Notes: generated by a model not told the origin, from the sequence alone. Shown: positions 16,382-26,310, counted from the stretch's first letter. The stretch is DNA of 42,602 nucleotides from Dehalococcoidia bacterium (GCA_009619075.1 WJOY01000013.1:1-42602); one strand, 5' to 3'. Made by a program: numbers and translations.

Positions 16382-17146
16382 CTACCAAAAGAGAATACCC
16401 GAGGAGAGAAGAACAAGGCCAAAGGTAACGCCAAAATAAGCATCGATTCTTTTGAAATTTAACTGGTGCAAGCTGCGAACTTCGCCATCAAAGCCCCTAG
16501 CTAACATGGCAGCATAAACCCTTTCGCCTCTCTCATAGCTCCGAATAAACAGAGTGCCAAGCATATTGCCGAGAGTCCTTAACTGACGAAGCCTGCCACC
16601 ACCAAAGTTGCGACTATCCCGCGCCCGCCGCATCCGCATCACCTCATCTACCAGAACGAAAATATAACGATACATAAAAGAAAGTATCAGTATTATTACC
16701 TTGGGTATGCCTAACTGCTTCAAGCCCCTTAGCAAGTCAGCAAACTTTGTTGTCGCAGAAAGTAAAATCAAACTTAAAATACAGAGCCAAGCTTTAATCA
16801 CTACATTTGCTAGAACAAGCAAACCATCGTAAGTCACTGAGACCTGCCACAGCCAGATGTTGTAGCTGCCAGCTACTTCGCCAGGCTTAAAAAATGGGAT
16901 AAAGATGGCAATCAGCAAAACAAAAGGAAAAATTAGCAAAGACCTCTTCAGGACATAAAGGGGCGGTAACCTGGAGATAATGAGTAAAGTAGCAATAAGG
17001 CCGAAGTAAAAGGCAAAAGCTTGACAATTTCTAATTGGTGTTAATACCATGACGAAAGCTAGGCTAGCAATAAACTTGGTTCGTGGGTCAAGCCTATGGA
17101 TTAGACTATCTAAGTCGCTATACTGGTCAATAAAACTATGCTTCAC
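16382..17146 (-). CDS. cbiQ: ECF-type Co/Ni transporter T component
   Basis: IHRLDPRTK, FMYRYIFVL, LFIRSYERGERVYAAMLARGF. Confidence 0.92.
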   Translation of the reverse strand: MKHSFIDQYSDLDSLIHRLDPRTKFIASLAFVMVLTPIRNCQAFAFYFGLIATLLIISRLPPLYVLKRSLLIFPFVLLIAIFIPFFKPGEVAGSYNIWLWQVSVTYDGLLVLANVVIKAWLCILSLILLSATTKFADLLRGLKQLGIPKVIILILSFMYRYIFVLVDEVMRMRRARDSRNFGGGRLRQLRTLGNMLGTLFIRSYERGERVYAAMLARGFDGEVRSLHQLNFKRIDAYFGVTFGLVLLSSGILFW

Positions 17147-17420
17147 CTTTCGTCCTTAATAACTTAGCTAGTCCATAACCAATGCTGAAGAGTATAAGTG
17201 TACCGATTATGCCAGCCAGAATTGTTGCTATAGCTTCGCTCCTTATTCCTGGCATCACATAGTCAGGGATGACCTCAAAAACAGCTTCACGGGCTGTTTC
17301 CATAAATCCCTTGTCCTCAGCTACCCTCTCCAGTCCATCAGGAGAGGAAGAAGCCAAAGGAGATAATAAAGCCAAAACCAAGGCAAAAATCAAAGCACCA
17401 TGCCACCACCTAAATCTCAT
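17136..17420 (-). CDS. PDGLE-domain protein (CbiN/NikN-like accessory subunit)
   Basis: LSPLASSSPDGLERVA, PDY, two TM helices. Confidence 0.88.
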   Translation of the reverse strand: MRFRWWHGALIFALVLALLSPLASSSPDGLERVAEDKGFMETAREAVFEVIPDYVMPGIRSEAIATILAGIIGTLILFSIGYGLAKLLRTKGEA

Positions 17421-17432
17421 GTGTTCCTCCTT

Positions 17433-18071
17433 TTAAGCCTTCTGTATTTCCAGTAGGTCAGCTCTGGTAGCCATGATAAAACTGAGCACCGCGGCAGTTA
17501 TCGCGCCTTCACCAATACCAATAAGGGCATGAACACCTGCCATTGCCGGCAAAGCTACCCCTAGTGGTACTATGCCTGAAATAGCTAGCTCAAAGGCACA
17601 GGCAATAGATGCTATCACCACTGATAACCACGCAGCCAAGCCTCCACTACCTAGTATCCTCTTTCTATGCCCGCCGAAAAGCGAAGCATCACCTCGATGA
17701 ACATAATAACCAATAAAGCTAGCAACAATTCCCATGTTAAAGATATTAGCCCCTAAGGCAAAAAGCCCCCCATCTTGAAAAATCAGGCATTGAACCACCA
17801 GCACACAAGTCATTATTAGCACCCCTGCCCAAGGGCCTAGAAGGATAGCGGCTAAAGCAGCCCCAATAAAATGTCCCGATGTGCCTCCTGCTATGGGGAA
17901 ATTAAGCATCTGAGCAGCAAAGATGAAGGCAGCTAATACACCCATGAGTGGGATTTGCTTCTCCCCCATCTTTTTATTTGTCGCCTTGGCAGCGTGGGCT
18001 ACACAACCGGCAGCTACGACACAGCCAACTGTAGCTACTGGCGCGCTAATAAAACCATCAGGTATATGCAT
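17433..18071 (-). CDS. cbiM: ECF-type Co/Ni transporter S component (CbiM/NikM)
   Basis: Metal-binding N-terminus MHIPDGF, FAAQMLNFP, GGTSGH, DGGLFALGAN, IGIGEG. Confidence 0.92.
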   Translation of the reverse strand: MHIPDGFISAPVATVGCVVAAGCVAHAAKATNKKMGEKQIPLMGVLAAFIFAAQMLNFPIAGGTSGHFIGAALAAILLGPWAGVLIMTCVLVVQCLIFQDGGLFALGANIFNMGIVASFIGYYVHRGDASLFGGHRKRILGSGGLAAWLSVVIASIACAFELAISGIVPLGVALPAMAGVHALIGIGEGAITAAVLSFIMATRADLLEIQKA

Positions 18072-18118
18072 CTAAAACCTCCCTTAAATCATATTTTGTA
18101 AGCGTTCAGCCGCTCATA

Positions 18119-18183
18119 TGTCACCCTGAGCGAAGCGAAGGGCCTCCGAGATTCTTCGGTCGTTACGCTCCCTCAGAATGACA
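18119..18183. repeat. Inverted pair of GTCA/GNA hairpin repeats; supplies the stop codon of the upstream methyltransferase
   Basis: TGTCACCCTGAGCGAAGCGAAGGGCCTCC + GAGATTCTTCGGTCGTTACGCTCCCTCAGAATGACA; TCA at 18173-18175. Confidence 0.88.
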
Positions 18184-18814
18184 CTGGGGGTGACCGGTTA
18201 CGCCAATTTGGTGGACTTCGGACTACTTTCTTAGCGATGACTAAATATCGTTTTGGGCTTTCCTCAAGGTAGGTTATTGTCAAGCCAGTGTGCTTCATTA
18301 GCTCACTTAGCTCAAATTCATCGGGTAAAAGGTCATTGGCAACTACGCTACCAATGGATTGGTGCAGTTGATTGATAGCATCTCGGCTGGCAGTATGACA
18401 GATGACTAACTGGCCATTGCTTTTAAGCACTCTGGCTATCTCCTTTAGCGCTTTAGCTTTGTTGTTGAAATGAGGGAAAACGCTATTGCATATAGCTAAA
18501 TCAATGTAGTTATGCAGCAATGGGATAGCTGCAGCATCTGCTTGAACAAAATCCACAATGGACTGGAATCCCTTGGCTTTAGCCTCATGTAACATCTTTG
18601 CCGAGAGATCTAAGGCTATAATTCTTCCTTCGCCTCCTACTGCCTCAATTAGAAAAGGCAATAGAATGCCTGTGCCACTGCCAATGTCAAGTACATGACT
18701 CCCAAGTTTGATATCTAGCTCCTCGATAATATTGCTGAGGCATTCCAGCCTCTCCGGAGTAACCTCCCTATCCCAATTCGGAACTAACTGGTCAAAGTAA
18801 TCTTGAAGCTGCAT
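18173..18814 (-). CDS. Class I SAM-dependent methyltransferase
   Basis: VLDIGSGTG, ALDLSAKML, QADA, FPHF, EIARVLK.NG. Start ATG 18814 directly after the permease stop. Confidence 0.88.
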   Translation of the reverse strand: MQLQDYFDQLVPNWDREVTPERLECLSNIIEELDIKLGSHVLDIGSGTGILLPFLIEAVGGEGRIIALDLSAKMLHEAKAKGFQSIVDFVQADAAAIPLLHNYIDLAICNSVFPHFNNKAKALKEIARVLKSNGQLVICHTASRDAINQLHQSIGSVVANDLLPDEFELSELMKHTGLTITYLEESPKRYLVIAKKVVRSPPNWRNRSPPVSF

Positions 18815-18816
18815 AG

Positions 18817-19656
18817 CTAACCTGTTAATTGAGCCTGTTGCCATCTTTTCAGCTTCCTCTTAGGAGAGAATGCTGTTGCCAGACCAAAGATGATAGACGA
18901 AGTGATTACAATGGAGGCGCCCGAGGGGAGATCCAGAAAATAGGAGGTAGCCAGTCCAGTCCAGCAAGAGATAATGCCGAAAACCGAGGCGATAAGAAGC
19001 ATGCGCTTTAAACTGTAAGTAAGTTGATAAGCAGCGGCGGCAGGATTAAGAATCAGACTATAGATGAGCAAGCCACCGATGCTTCGCAGTGAAGCAGTGA
19101 TGGTCACCCCGGTGGAAAATAGTATGCCATAGAAAATAAGCGTTGCCGGGATGCCCACGGCTAAGGCTACCTGACGATGGCAAATCACCGCCTGAATCTC
19201 TTTGTAGAAGGCAACCGCCAATCCAGCTATTATAGCTGTCACTAGGGCAAGGAAAATTAAATTTCCTCGGCTGACAGTCAGTATACTGCCCCAGAATAAG
19301 TTTAAGGCTTCGGTTCTGGAGCCAGGTATCATGCCCATGAAAAGGAATGCCAGTCCCAGCATTAAAGAGAAAACAATGCCAATTGAAGTATCAGGGTTAA
19401 GTTCTCCGCGGTCAGCCATAGGTCCAATGATGCCCGCTGAAACTAGGCTAAAAAGCAAAGCTCCAACGAGAGGATTAAATCCCAGCCAGACACCGAGGAG
19501 GGCACCAGCAAAGGCAGCATGGGCAATGCATACCCCGATAAAAGAGAGGTGCATGGTAACTACAAAGACACCCACTATCGAGCAGGTTATGCCACCGCAC
19601 AATCCAGCAAGGATGGCATTTTGCATAAATTGGTACTGTAGAATAGAAAAATCCAT
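18817..19656 (-). CDS. Metal ABC transporter permease (ZnuB/MntB family)
   Basis: FMQNAILAG, IAHAAFAG, LFWGSIL, IGGLLIYSL..PAAAA, DLPSGASIV. Confidence 0.9.
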   Translation of the reverse strand: MDFSILQYQFMQNAILAGLCGGITCSIVGVFVVTMHLSFIGVCIAHAAFAGALLGVWLGFNPLVGALLFSLVSAGIIGPMADRGELNPDTSIGIVFSLMLGLAFLFMGMIPGSRTEALNLFWGSILTVSRGNLIFLALVTAIIAGLAVAFYKEIQAVICHRQVALAVGIPATLIFYGILFSTGVTITASLRSIGGLLIYSLILNPAAAAYQLTYSLKRMLLIASVFGIISCWTGLATSYFLDLPSGASIVITSSIIFGLATAFSPKRKLKRWQQAQLTG

Positions 19657-19661
19657 GTTAT

Positions 19662-20429
19662 TCAGAAAGCAATCTCAGCTTTAGCCGGTATTGAAATAGG
19701 AGCCCCATAAAGTTGGCTTAGTATCTCTTCTTTAAGCATTGACCCCGGGCTACCTTGTTGCCATATTTTGCCTTCTTTCATCAGAATCAGCCGCTGGCAA
19801 ATGGAAGGCAGCGTTCTAAGGTCGTGGGTGACAAATAGAGTAGTCATATGGTATTCCCTATGAATAAGCTGTATCAGGCTCAAGATTTCTCGTTGGGCTT
19901 GTGGGTCTATCGAAGCTGTGGGCTCATCAAGGAGAAAGATTTCGGGCTGTTGAACTAAGGCTCGGGCAATAGCCGCCCTTTGGTATTCGCCTCCTGAGAG
20001 ATGTCCTATGGGGCGTTGGGCTAGCCCAGCTACGCCAACCATATCCAATACTCTATCTACATCCTCCCATTGAGCCTGTGTCGGGCGATGTAATAGACCC
20101 AGGCGGCCATAGCGGCCTACCATCACCGTCTCCCTAACATTGATGGGCAAGCGTGGGTCAATATTCTCAACTTGAGCCACATAACCTATGCGCTTTCTCA
20201 ACTTGATGCCACTTCTTTCATTAACAGGCAATCCTAATACCAAGGCTTGACCTTGAACCAGTTTGCCCAAGCCATTGATAACGGTAAGCAAGGTAGTTTT
20301 GCCGGCACCATTGGGCCCAATGATGCCGATGAATTCCCCTTTTCGTACCTTCAAAGACACCCCTTGTAGAGCTACATCCTCCCGATAGGAAACCACGGCA
20401 TCCTTAATACTGATGACCATGTTATCCAT
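19662..20429 (-). CDS. Metal ABC transporter ATPase (ZnuC family)
   Basis: GPNGAGKTT, IGYVAQ, VMVGRYG, LSGGEYQR, LDEPTASID, VTHDL. Confidence 0.9.
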   Translation of the reverse strand: MDNMVISIKDAVVSYREDVALQGVSLKVRKGEFIGIIGPNGAGKTTLLTVINGLGKLVQGQALVLGLPVNERSGIKLRKRIGYVAQVENIDPRLPINVRETVMVGRYGRLGLLHRPTQAQWEDVDRVLDMVGVAGLAQRPIGHLSGGEYQRAAIARALVQQPEIFLLDEPTASIDPQAQREILSLIQLIHREYHMTTLFVTHDLRTLPSICQRLILMKEGKIWQQGSPGSMLKEEILSQLYGAPISIPAKAEIAF

Positions 20430-21279
20430 GTTGCTGCCTCCACTGAGCTAAAGCTTCGAGAATCAAATCAACATTCTTATCTATCGCCTTCTCCCAAGTT
20501 TCAGTTCCCTCAAAGCCACCAGGAAAGTTGGATATAGTTACCTGTATAGCTCCGATGTCCTGTACCACAGCTTCGCTTGTCGCTGTTCCGCCACTTTGCA
20601 AGTTATCAATGACTAGGGCAACACCGGCTTGTCTGGCCTGATTTATCAGTTTTTCCACTTCCACCACACTTAACTCTTCAGGACGGCCATAAGTAGCTAT
20701 TACGTCAAAGCCAGCCCAGCTTATGAATTCTGCTTGATAATCGGAGCAGATCACTTTCGCTTGGCTCACCTTCCCCTCTTGTAATCTATTCTTTACCTCC
20801 TGACCCTGGGCCAAAATAGCTTGTGTTCTCTCCTCAGCTCTCCTTTGATAATATTCTGAATTTGCTAAATCTATTTCACTCAGAGCTTGAGCAATTTTAT
20901 CTATAGCTTCACTTTGGACTTCAGGCACCATCGGGGCGTCTGGAACATCTATGACTTTGACAATGAGCTCAGGATTGTCAGCAGCCTCAATAAACCCGGT
21001 TATATTTGCCTTATCCTGCTGCCAGTTATGGATGATAAAGGCTTTACTATTAGCTAGTGTCTCAACATCGCTTGGTTTCACGTCATAATGTCCAGGACAC
21101 ATCCCTGGAGGTATAAGATTATGTATTTCCAGTTTGTCACCAGCAATATCCTGTGCAATTCCAGCTATAAGTGAGCTTCCTGCCACGATGTCAGCCGATG
21201 GACGGGAACAGGATAAGGATGCAAGCAAAGCTACGAGAAGATGTGCTGCCAGGACGATTAGTAGAAATTTTCTTTTCAT
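20422..21279 (-). CDS. Metal ABC transporter substrate-binding lipoprotein (ZnuA/TroA-like)
   Basis: Lipobox-like SLSC, LIPPGMCPGHYDVKPSD. Start ATG 21279 with RBS AAGGAGG. Confidence 0.8.
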   Translation of the reverse strand: MKRKFLLIVLAAHLLVALLASLSCSRPSADIVAGSSLIAGIAQDIAGDKLEIHNLIPPGMCPGHYDVKPSDVETLANSKAFIIHNWQQDKANITGFIEAADNPELIVKVIDVPDAPMVPEVQSEAIDKIAQALSEIDLANSEYYQRRAEERTQAILAQGQEVKNRLQEGKVSQAKVICSDYQAEFISWAGFDVIATYGRPEELSVVEVEKLINQARQAGVALVIDNLQSGGTATSEAVVQDIGAIQVTISNFPGGFEGTETWEKAIDKNVDLILEALAQWRQQHG

Positions 21280-21338
21280 AGTCCCTCCTTTCAATATTCC
21301 ATGCAACTGCAATAAGATGCAACAACAGAGCAAAAAAA

Positions 21339-21524
21339 TTAATCCTTTTCCAGTTGCACTCTAGACTTTACGAAATCTACCTGGCGTACCCTACCCTGGA
21401 GAATCCTTCTTTCCCCGAAAAGGGTCTCTACTTCTACTTGCTCACCCTCAATTATCATGTAGGCAATATCCTCCAGAATTGGCTTGTCGCCTTCCGTAGT
21501 TTCATAAACTTTAGCCAGACACAT
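21339..21524 (-). CDS. cooT: CooT family nickel-binding protein
   Basis: 61 aa; N-terminal MC(L)AKVY with Cys2, ILEDI, TLFGE, VDF. Confidence 0.82.
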   Translation of the reverse strand: MCLAKVYETTEGDKPILEDIAYMIIEGEQVEVETLFGERRILQGRVRQVDFVKSRVQLEKD

Positions 21525-21525
21525 C

Positions 21526-21744
21526 TTAATCCTTCTCCTTGCTCTTTGTTAACGCTTGCCGTGCTTTCATTAGATCATTGCTAGCCGCAGCCATCCTTGT
21601 GGCTGCTTCGTGTAGCTGTTGTGCCACCTTAGCGGATAAAGAAGCCGCCTTTTGAGCCCAATCGCAGAACTCCTTCTCATGCTCACGGTTATGCTCAATC
21701 CAGTAATCAAGCAAAATATGCAGTTTTTCTTGAACGTCACTCAT
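21526..21744 (-). CDS. Small helical protein with W-x-x-H-N-x-x-H motif, putative metal binding
   Basis: KLHILLDYWIEHNREHEKEFCDWAQKA; start ATG 21744 right after the Fur stop. Confidence 0.7.
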   Translation of the reverse strand: MSDVQEKLHILLDYWIEHNREHEKEFCDWAQKAASLSAKVAQQLHEAATRMAAASNDLMKARQALTKSKEKD

Positions 21745-21746
21745 AG

Positions 21747-22175
21747 CTAATAAGATTGCCCACCTTTCCGGCGACACTCACTGCACTCTCCTGGAATAGC
21801 TAAATGCCTCAAATCAGCTTCAAACCCGTAATCGTGAAGCAAGGTATCTTTTAGCGGATATAATGCAGATTCGTCTAAATCCGTTATCTTGCCACACCTG
21901 TAGCAAACCAGATGATGGTGATGACCCTTCTCAGCGACATGATAGCGAACACGTCCATCGCCAAAATCGGTTTCAGTAACTAAGTTCAGCTCCTTTAGTA
22001 ACTCCAAGGTGCGATAGACAGTGGAAATGTTGCTATAAGGGTAACGACTATGTAGCTGCTCATAGATCTCTTCAGCGCTAATATGGCCATCAGCTCTATG
22101 GAGGGCTTCGATGACCAGCATGCGCTGCGGAGTTAAACGAAACCCCTTTTCTTGAAGGACTTTGTGACAGCTCAT
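21747..22175 (-). CDS. Fur family metalloregulator (Zur/Nur-like)
   Basis: GFRLTPQR, HISAEEIY, STVYRTL, HHHHLVCYRCG, C-terminal CSEC. Confidence 0.93.
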   Translation of the reverse strand: MSCHKVLQEKGFRLTPQRMLVIEALHRADGHISAEEIYEQLHSRYPYSNISTVYRTLELLKELNLVTETDFGDGRVRYHVAEKGHHHHLVCYRCGKITDLDESALYPLKDTLLHDYGFEADLRHLAIPGECSECRRKGGQSY

Positions 22176-22186
22176 TCCAAGGTAAG

Positions 22187-22232
22187 ATTATAACAGGACA
22201 GGGAAATTATTGCAACAGGTCGCTAATGCAAT
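22187..22232 (-). promoter_or_regulatory. Promoter of the metal operon with a palindrome over the -35
   Basis: Minus strand TTGCAA (22215-22210), 17 bp, TG-T-TATAAT (22192-22187). ATTGCA...TGCAAT inverted repeat at 22209-22232. Confidence 0.65.
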
Positions 22233-22690
22233 TAATTGATTTTTAGCGGTTTTTTGCTCTCTAGCAACAAAGTTACCGGCCCATCATTATGGATCTCTAC
22301 CAGCATATGCTCTTGGAAAATTCCTGTCTCTACTTTAAGGCCGGTGGAGCGAACTTGAGCGACAAAAAAGTCATATAATTCCTTAGCCTTATCTGGTAGA
22401 GCTGCTTCGGTAAAGCTGGGGCGCCTTCCCTTCCCCGAATCAGCCAAAAGAGTAAACTGGCTTACTATCAAAATTTCCCTCTTTGTTTCCAACGCTGACA
22501 GGGCAAATTTATTTCCTCCATCGGAGAAAATGCGCAGGTTGACTATTTTATTTGCCAAGTAGCCAGCACCCTCTTGTGAATCGCCCTTGGCAACGCCAAT
22601 AAAAACCACTAGCCCTGGACCAATTCTGCCCACCACTCTACCGCTGACACTTACTGAAGCACTGGTAACCCGCTGAATTAGCGCTTTCAT
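22232..22690 (-). CDS. dtd: D-aminoacyl-tRNA deacylase
   Basis: MKALIQRV, NLRIF, VSQFTL, GRRPSF, NDGPVT. Confidence 0.96.
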   Translation of the reverse strand: MKALIQRVTSASVSVSGRVVGRIGPGLVVFIGVAKGDSQEGAGYLANKIVNLRIFSDGGNKFALSALETKREILIVSQFTLLADSGKGRRPSFTEAALPDKAKELYDFFVAQVRSTGLKVETGIFQEHMLVEIHNDGPVTLLLESKKPLKIN

Positions 22691-22750
22691 TTTTGCATTT
22701 TTTATTTAAGCATGTTAAATTAAATGTTAAAAGGGATATTATATCCAATC

Positions 22751-22773
22751 AAGTGGGCAAAACCCACTTTTTT
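22751..22773 (+). terminator. Leader hairpin with U-tract upstream of nusA (attenuator-like)
   Basis: AAGTGGG-CAAAA-CCCACTT-TTTT about 30 nt before the nusA ATG. Confidence 0.65.
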
Positions 22774-22802
22774 GTTAGATTTGATTATTAGGTTAGGGAG
22801 AA

Positions 22803-24173
22803 ATGAAGACGGAGTTTATGGCTGCTATTGCTCAACTCTCAGCTGAGAGGAACTTACCTAAAGAAGTGATCTTGGCAGCTTTGGAATCAGCGCTTGTCTC
22901 AGCTTATAAAAAAGACATTTTTACCCGCGAGCAGGATATTTCAGCCAAAATTGATCCCAATACTGGTGATATCAAGGTTTATATTAGAAAAGTTGTGGTT
23001 GAGTCATTTATCGACCCGCATCAAGAGATCTCCTTGGATGATGCTCGAAAAGTGCGGGATAGTATTCAAGTTGGCGAAATAGTGGAAGTGGAATCTACAC
23101 CCAGAGATGCTGGGCGTATTGCTGCTCAAACGGCAAGGCAGGTTGTTTTGCAGCGGTTGCGCGAAGCAGAGCATCGGGTAATCTACGAGCAGTTCGCCGG
23201 TAAGGAAGGCGAGATTGTCAGTGGGACGATTCAATTCATCCAGCCTAAACAAATTTATGTTACCTTGGGCAAGGGAGAGGCTATACTGCCCTTTAGTGAG
23301 CAAGTGCCTAATGAGCGTTACCACGTAGGACAGCAATTTAAATTCTATCTTTTGGAGATAAGTCAAAGCGTTAAAGGGCTTCAAATAATAATTTCTCGCT
23401 CTCATCCGAATTTGCTACGCCGCCTTTTTGAACTAGAAATTCCCGAAATTCACAGTGGCGTTGTAGAACTGAAAGCAATAGCACGCGAAGCCGGACATCG
23501 AAGCAAAGTAGCAGTGTCAACTCACCAAGAAGGCATCGAACCTGTAGGTTGTTGCCTTGGACCTCGAGGCGTCAGGCTACAAAGTATTATTAACGAGCTA
23601 AATGGTGAAAAAATAGACATGATTCAATGGCACGCCGACCCTAAAATATTTATCTCCAATGCCCTCAGTCCAGCCAAAGTGGCAAGTACTGAGCTCAACG
23701 AGGCAGAAAAGACCGCCACTGTAGTCGTTCCTGATAGGCAACTATCCCTAGCCATCGGTAAGGAGGGACAAAATGCCAGGTTAGCAGCAAGACTCTCAGG
23801 TTGGCGAATTGACATTAAGAGCGCCTCTACCGCTGAAGCAGAAAGGATAAGCTTACCGGAGGCTGCTCCTCAAGAGTTAGAAACGATAGCTGGAGAGGGT
23901 GAATTTCCTTTCACCGTGCCAAGCGAACCTCAGGCGGCGGAGCCGGTTAGCGGAGGGGAAGTAAAAGAACTAACCACGCTCTTAGCCAGTGAAGAATTTA
24001 TATTAGCCTCGAAAGCTCCTTCTAAGAGGCCTGAAGAAAAACCGCAACTCCGCTTCGCTGAGGATATTTTACCAAGCAGGGGGAAAAGCATAAAGTTGGA
24101 GAAGGACAAGGTTAAGAGCAAAGGACATAGAAAAAAGAAAGCTCACTTTAAAGAGGATGAACCGGAAGAATAA
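22803..24173 (+). CDS. nusA: Transcription termination/antitermination factor NusA
   Basis: [12 protein letters not shown]1 and KH domains, [37 protein letters not shown]; long acidic/basic tail. Confidence 0.97.
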   Translation: MKTEFMAAIAQLSAERNLPKEVILAALESALVSAYKKDIFTREQDISAKIDPNTGDIKVYIRKVVVESFIDPHQEISLDDARKVRDSIQVGEIVEVESTPRDAGRIAAQTARQVVLQRLREAEHRVIYEQFAGKEGEIVSGTIQFIQPKQIYVTLGKGEAILPFSEQVPNERYHVGQQFKFYLLEISQSVKGLQIIISRSHPNLLRRLFELEIPEIHSGVVELKAIAREAGHRSKVAVSTHQEGIEPVGCCLGPRGVRLQSIINELNGEKIDMIQWHADPKIFISNALSPAKVASTELNEAEKTATVVVPDRQLSLAIGKEGQNARLAARLSGWRIDIKSASTAEAERISLPEAAPQELETIAGEGEFPFTVPSEPQAAEPVSGGEVKELTTLLASEEFILASKAPSKRPEEKPQLRFAEDILPSRGKSIKLEKDKVKSKGHRKKKAHFKEDEPEE

Positions 24174-24447
24174 ACATATACCGCAGCGTACTTGCGTTGC
24201 TTGTCGGCAGACAAGGGACAAAAAGGATTTGATTCGCCTGGTATGCACCGACGGTGGAATTGTCGAGGTCGACCCATCTGCCAAGAAGCCAAGCAGAGGT
24301 GCTTATTTATGTCCTCAAAAGGATTGCTGGGAAATAGGGCTGAAAAGAAATCGTTTGGAGTATGCTTTGCGAACAAAGCTTAGTTTCGATAATCGCCAAG
24401 CTTTAATAGAGTATAGCAATAACTTGCCCGGGAGGAGCCGGATTTGA
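24157..24447 (+). CDS. ylxR: YlxR/RnpM family RNA-binding protein
   Basis: PQRTCVACR, LIRLV, RGAYLC; between nusA and infB. Confidence 0.9.
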   Translation: MNRKNKHIPQRTCVACRQTRDKKDLIRLVCTDGGIVEVDPSAKKPSRGAYLCPQKDCWEIGLKRNRLEYALRTKLSFDNRQALIEYSNNLPGRSRI

Positions 24448-26216
24448 GTAATAAAAAAATGCACTCGCTAGCTAATCAAAAGGAAACAAATCATCCAGCT
24501 TTGCCTCAAATCGAGCTTCCACCTTCCATAACTGTAAAACGATTAGCTGATACCTTAAAAGTAGAGCCGGTGAAAGTTATTAAGCAGCTTATGCGCAAAG
24601 GCATCATGGCCAATGTCAACCAGGCTATCGATTTTGATACTGCCACCACGGTAGCCCTAGATTTCGGTTATAGTGCTCGGGAAAAAATAGAGCTTCAAAT
24701 CTTGCCTTCCCTCGAGGGACTAGGAGATAAATTACAAATTCGCTCCCCGGTGATTACTGTAATGGGGCATGTCGACCATGGTAAAACAACCCTTCTTGAT
24801 GCCATCAGGAAAACCAATGTAACTGCTCACGAGGCAGGAGCTATTACCCAACATATTGGCGCTTATCAAACTACAGTGGATGGACGCAAAATCACCTTCC
24901 TAGATACACCCGGGCATGAAGCTTTCACTGCTATGAGAGCCCGTGGAGCACAGGCAACTGATATCGTGGTCTTGGTGGTTGCTGCTGATGATGGCGTTAT
25001 GCCTCAGACTGTGGAAGCTATAGACCATGCTAAAGCTGCCAAAGTGCCTATAGTGGTTGCCATCAATAAGATTGATAAACCTGATGCCAATCCTGAGCGT
25101 GTAAAGCAGCAGCTTACTGATTTAGGCTTAATTATTGAAGAGTGGGGCGGCGATGTTGTTTGTGTTCCCATCTCAGCTAAAAAGGAGCAAGGAATCTCAG
25201 ATTTACTGGAAAACTTATTCCTTGTTGCTGACATATTGGAGCTAAAAGCTGACCCTAATTGTACCGCAGAAGGCGTAGTCATTGAAGCTAAGCTTGATAA
25301 AACTAAAGGCCCCTTAGCTACTCTTCTGGTTCAGAAAGGTACTCTCGAGGTGAGCAATATTGTAGTGGCTGGCAATACTTGGGGCAAAATCAAAGCTATG
25401 TTCAATGATAAAGGAAAAAGGATTAAGAAAGCTGAGCCATCAACCCCAGTGAAGGTTCTTGGCATAAATGGCGTGCCAAGGTCAGGAGAGATCTTCACTG
25501 TAGTTACCGATGAGCATCAAGCACGCAGCACTGGAGACAAATATGCGGCTATGAGAGTTCGTGAACCTTTAAGTTTAAGCACCCTTTCCAGCCAGATAAG
25601 CGCCGGGAAGGTAAAGGAACTCAACGTAATTTTAAAGACGGATGTTCACGGCAGCATAGAACCAATAAAGAACTCCATAGAGCGACTGGGCACGGAAAAG
25701 GCGAGGGCTAAGGTTATACACGCTGCTAGTGGCAGCATTACGGAGAGTGATGTCCTTCTTGCTTCAGCTTCAAAAGGCATTGTTATTGGTTTTAACAGCG
25801 ACCCAGCGCCAGGAGCACAGCAGCTAGCTGAAGCAGAAGGAGTAAGCATCCAGAGGTATGATGTAATTTACCGATTAGAGGAAGACGTGGGTAAAACATT
25901 AAAGGGGATGCTTGAGCCAACTTATGCCGAGGTGCTTGGAGGGCGTGCCGAGGTACGCGCTATATTCACCGCTAGTAAGTATGGCAAAGTAGCCGGTGTT
26001 TATGTTAAGGAAGGCAAAGTGTGGCGAGATGCCAAAGTCAAAGTATTGCGACAAAATAAGGTGGTCTGCGAATCTCGACTCTCCAGTTTAAGGCGTTTTA
26101 AAGAGGGTGTCACTGAGGTAGTTGCTGGTCTTGAATGTGGCATAGGCATGGAAGGCTTCACCGATTTCTATACCGGCGATATTATCGAATTTTATAGAAA
26201 GGAAAGGGTAAGTTAA
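24444..26216 (+). CDS. infB: Translation initiation factor IF-2 (short N-terminus)
   Basis: [45 protein letters not shown]. Confidence 0.97.
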   Translation: MSNKKMHSLANQKETNHPALPQIELPPSITVKRLADTLKVEPVKVIKQLMRKGIMANVNQAIDFDTATTVALDFGYSAREKIELQILPSLEGLGDKLQIRSPVITVMGHVDHGKTTLLDAIRKTNVTAHEAGAITQHIGAYQTTVDGRKITFLDTPGHEAFTAMRARGAQATDIVVLVVAADDGVMPQTVEAIDHAKAAKVPIVVAINKIDKPDANPERVKQQLTDLGLIIEEWGGDVVCVPISAKKEQGISDLLENLFLVADILELKADPNCTAEGVVIEAKLDKTKGPLATLLVQKGTLEVSNIVVAGNTWGKIKAMFNDKGKRIKKAEPSTPVKVLGINGVPRSGEIFTVVTDEHQARSTGDKYAAMRVREPLSLSTLSSQISAGKVKELNVILKTDVHGSIEPIKNSIERLGTEKARAKVIHAASGSITESDVLLASASKGIVIGFNSDPAPGAQQLAEAEGVSIQRYDVIYRLEEDVGKTLKGMLEPTYAEVLGGRAEVRAIFTASKYGKVAGVYVKEGKVWRDAKVKVLRQNKVVCESRLSSLRRFKEGVTEVVAGLECGIGMEGFTDFYTGDIIEFYRKERVS

Positions 26217-26226
26217 GGTAACAAAT

Positions 26227-26282
26227 GGCATTCTGATTGGAGCGAGGTAGAATGACAGAAGGCGAAGGGCTCAGAGCTTACA
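26227..26282. repeat. Decayed nested GTCA hairpin repeat between infB and rbfA
   Basis: AGAATGACAGAAGGCGAAGGGCTCAGAG resembles the right ends of the nested clusters (12047-12078, 35885-35917). Confidence 0.6.
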
Positions 26283-26310
26283 GAGGGTGAAGAATTTATA
26301 GGAGGCTCAA

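Noticed and set aside
18072-18172. Cobalamin or NiCo riboswitch upstream of cbiM
   Set aside because: The spacer is short and filled by the GTCA repeat pair; no B12-box or other conserved riboswitch core seen.
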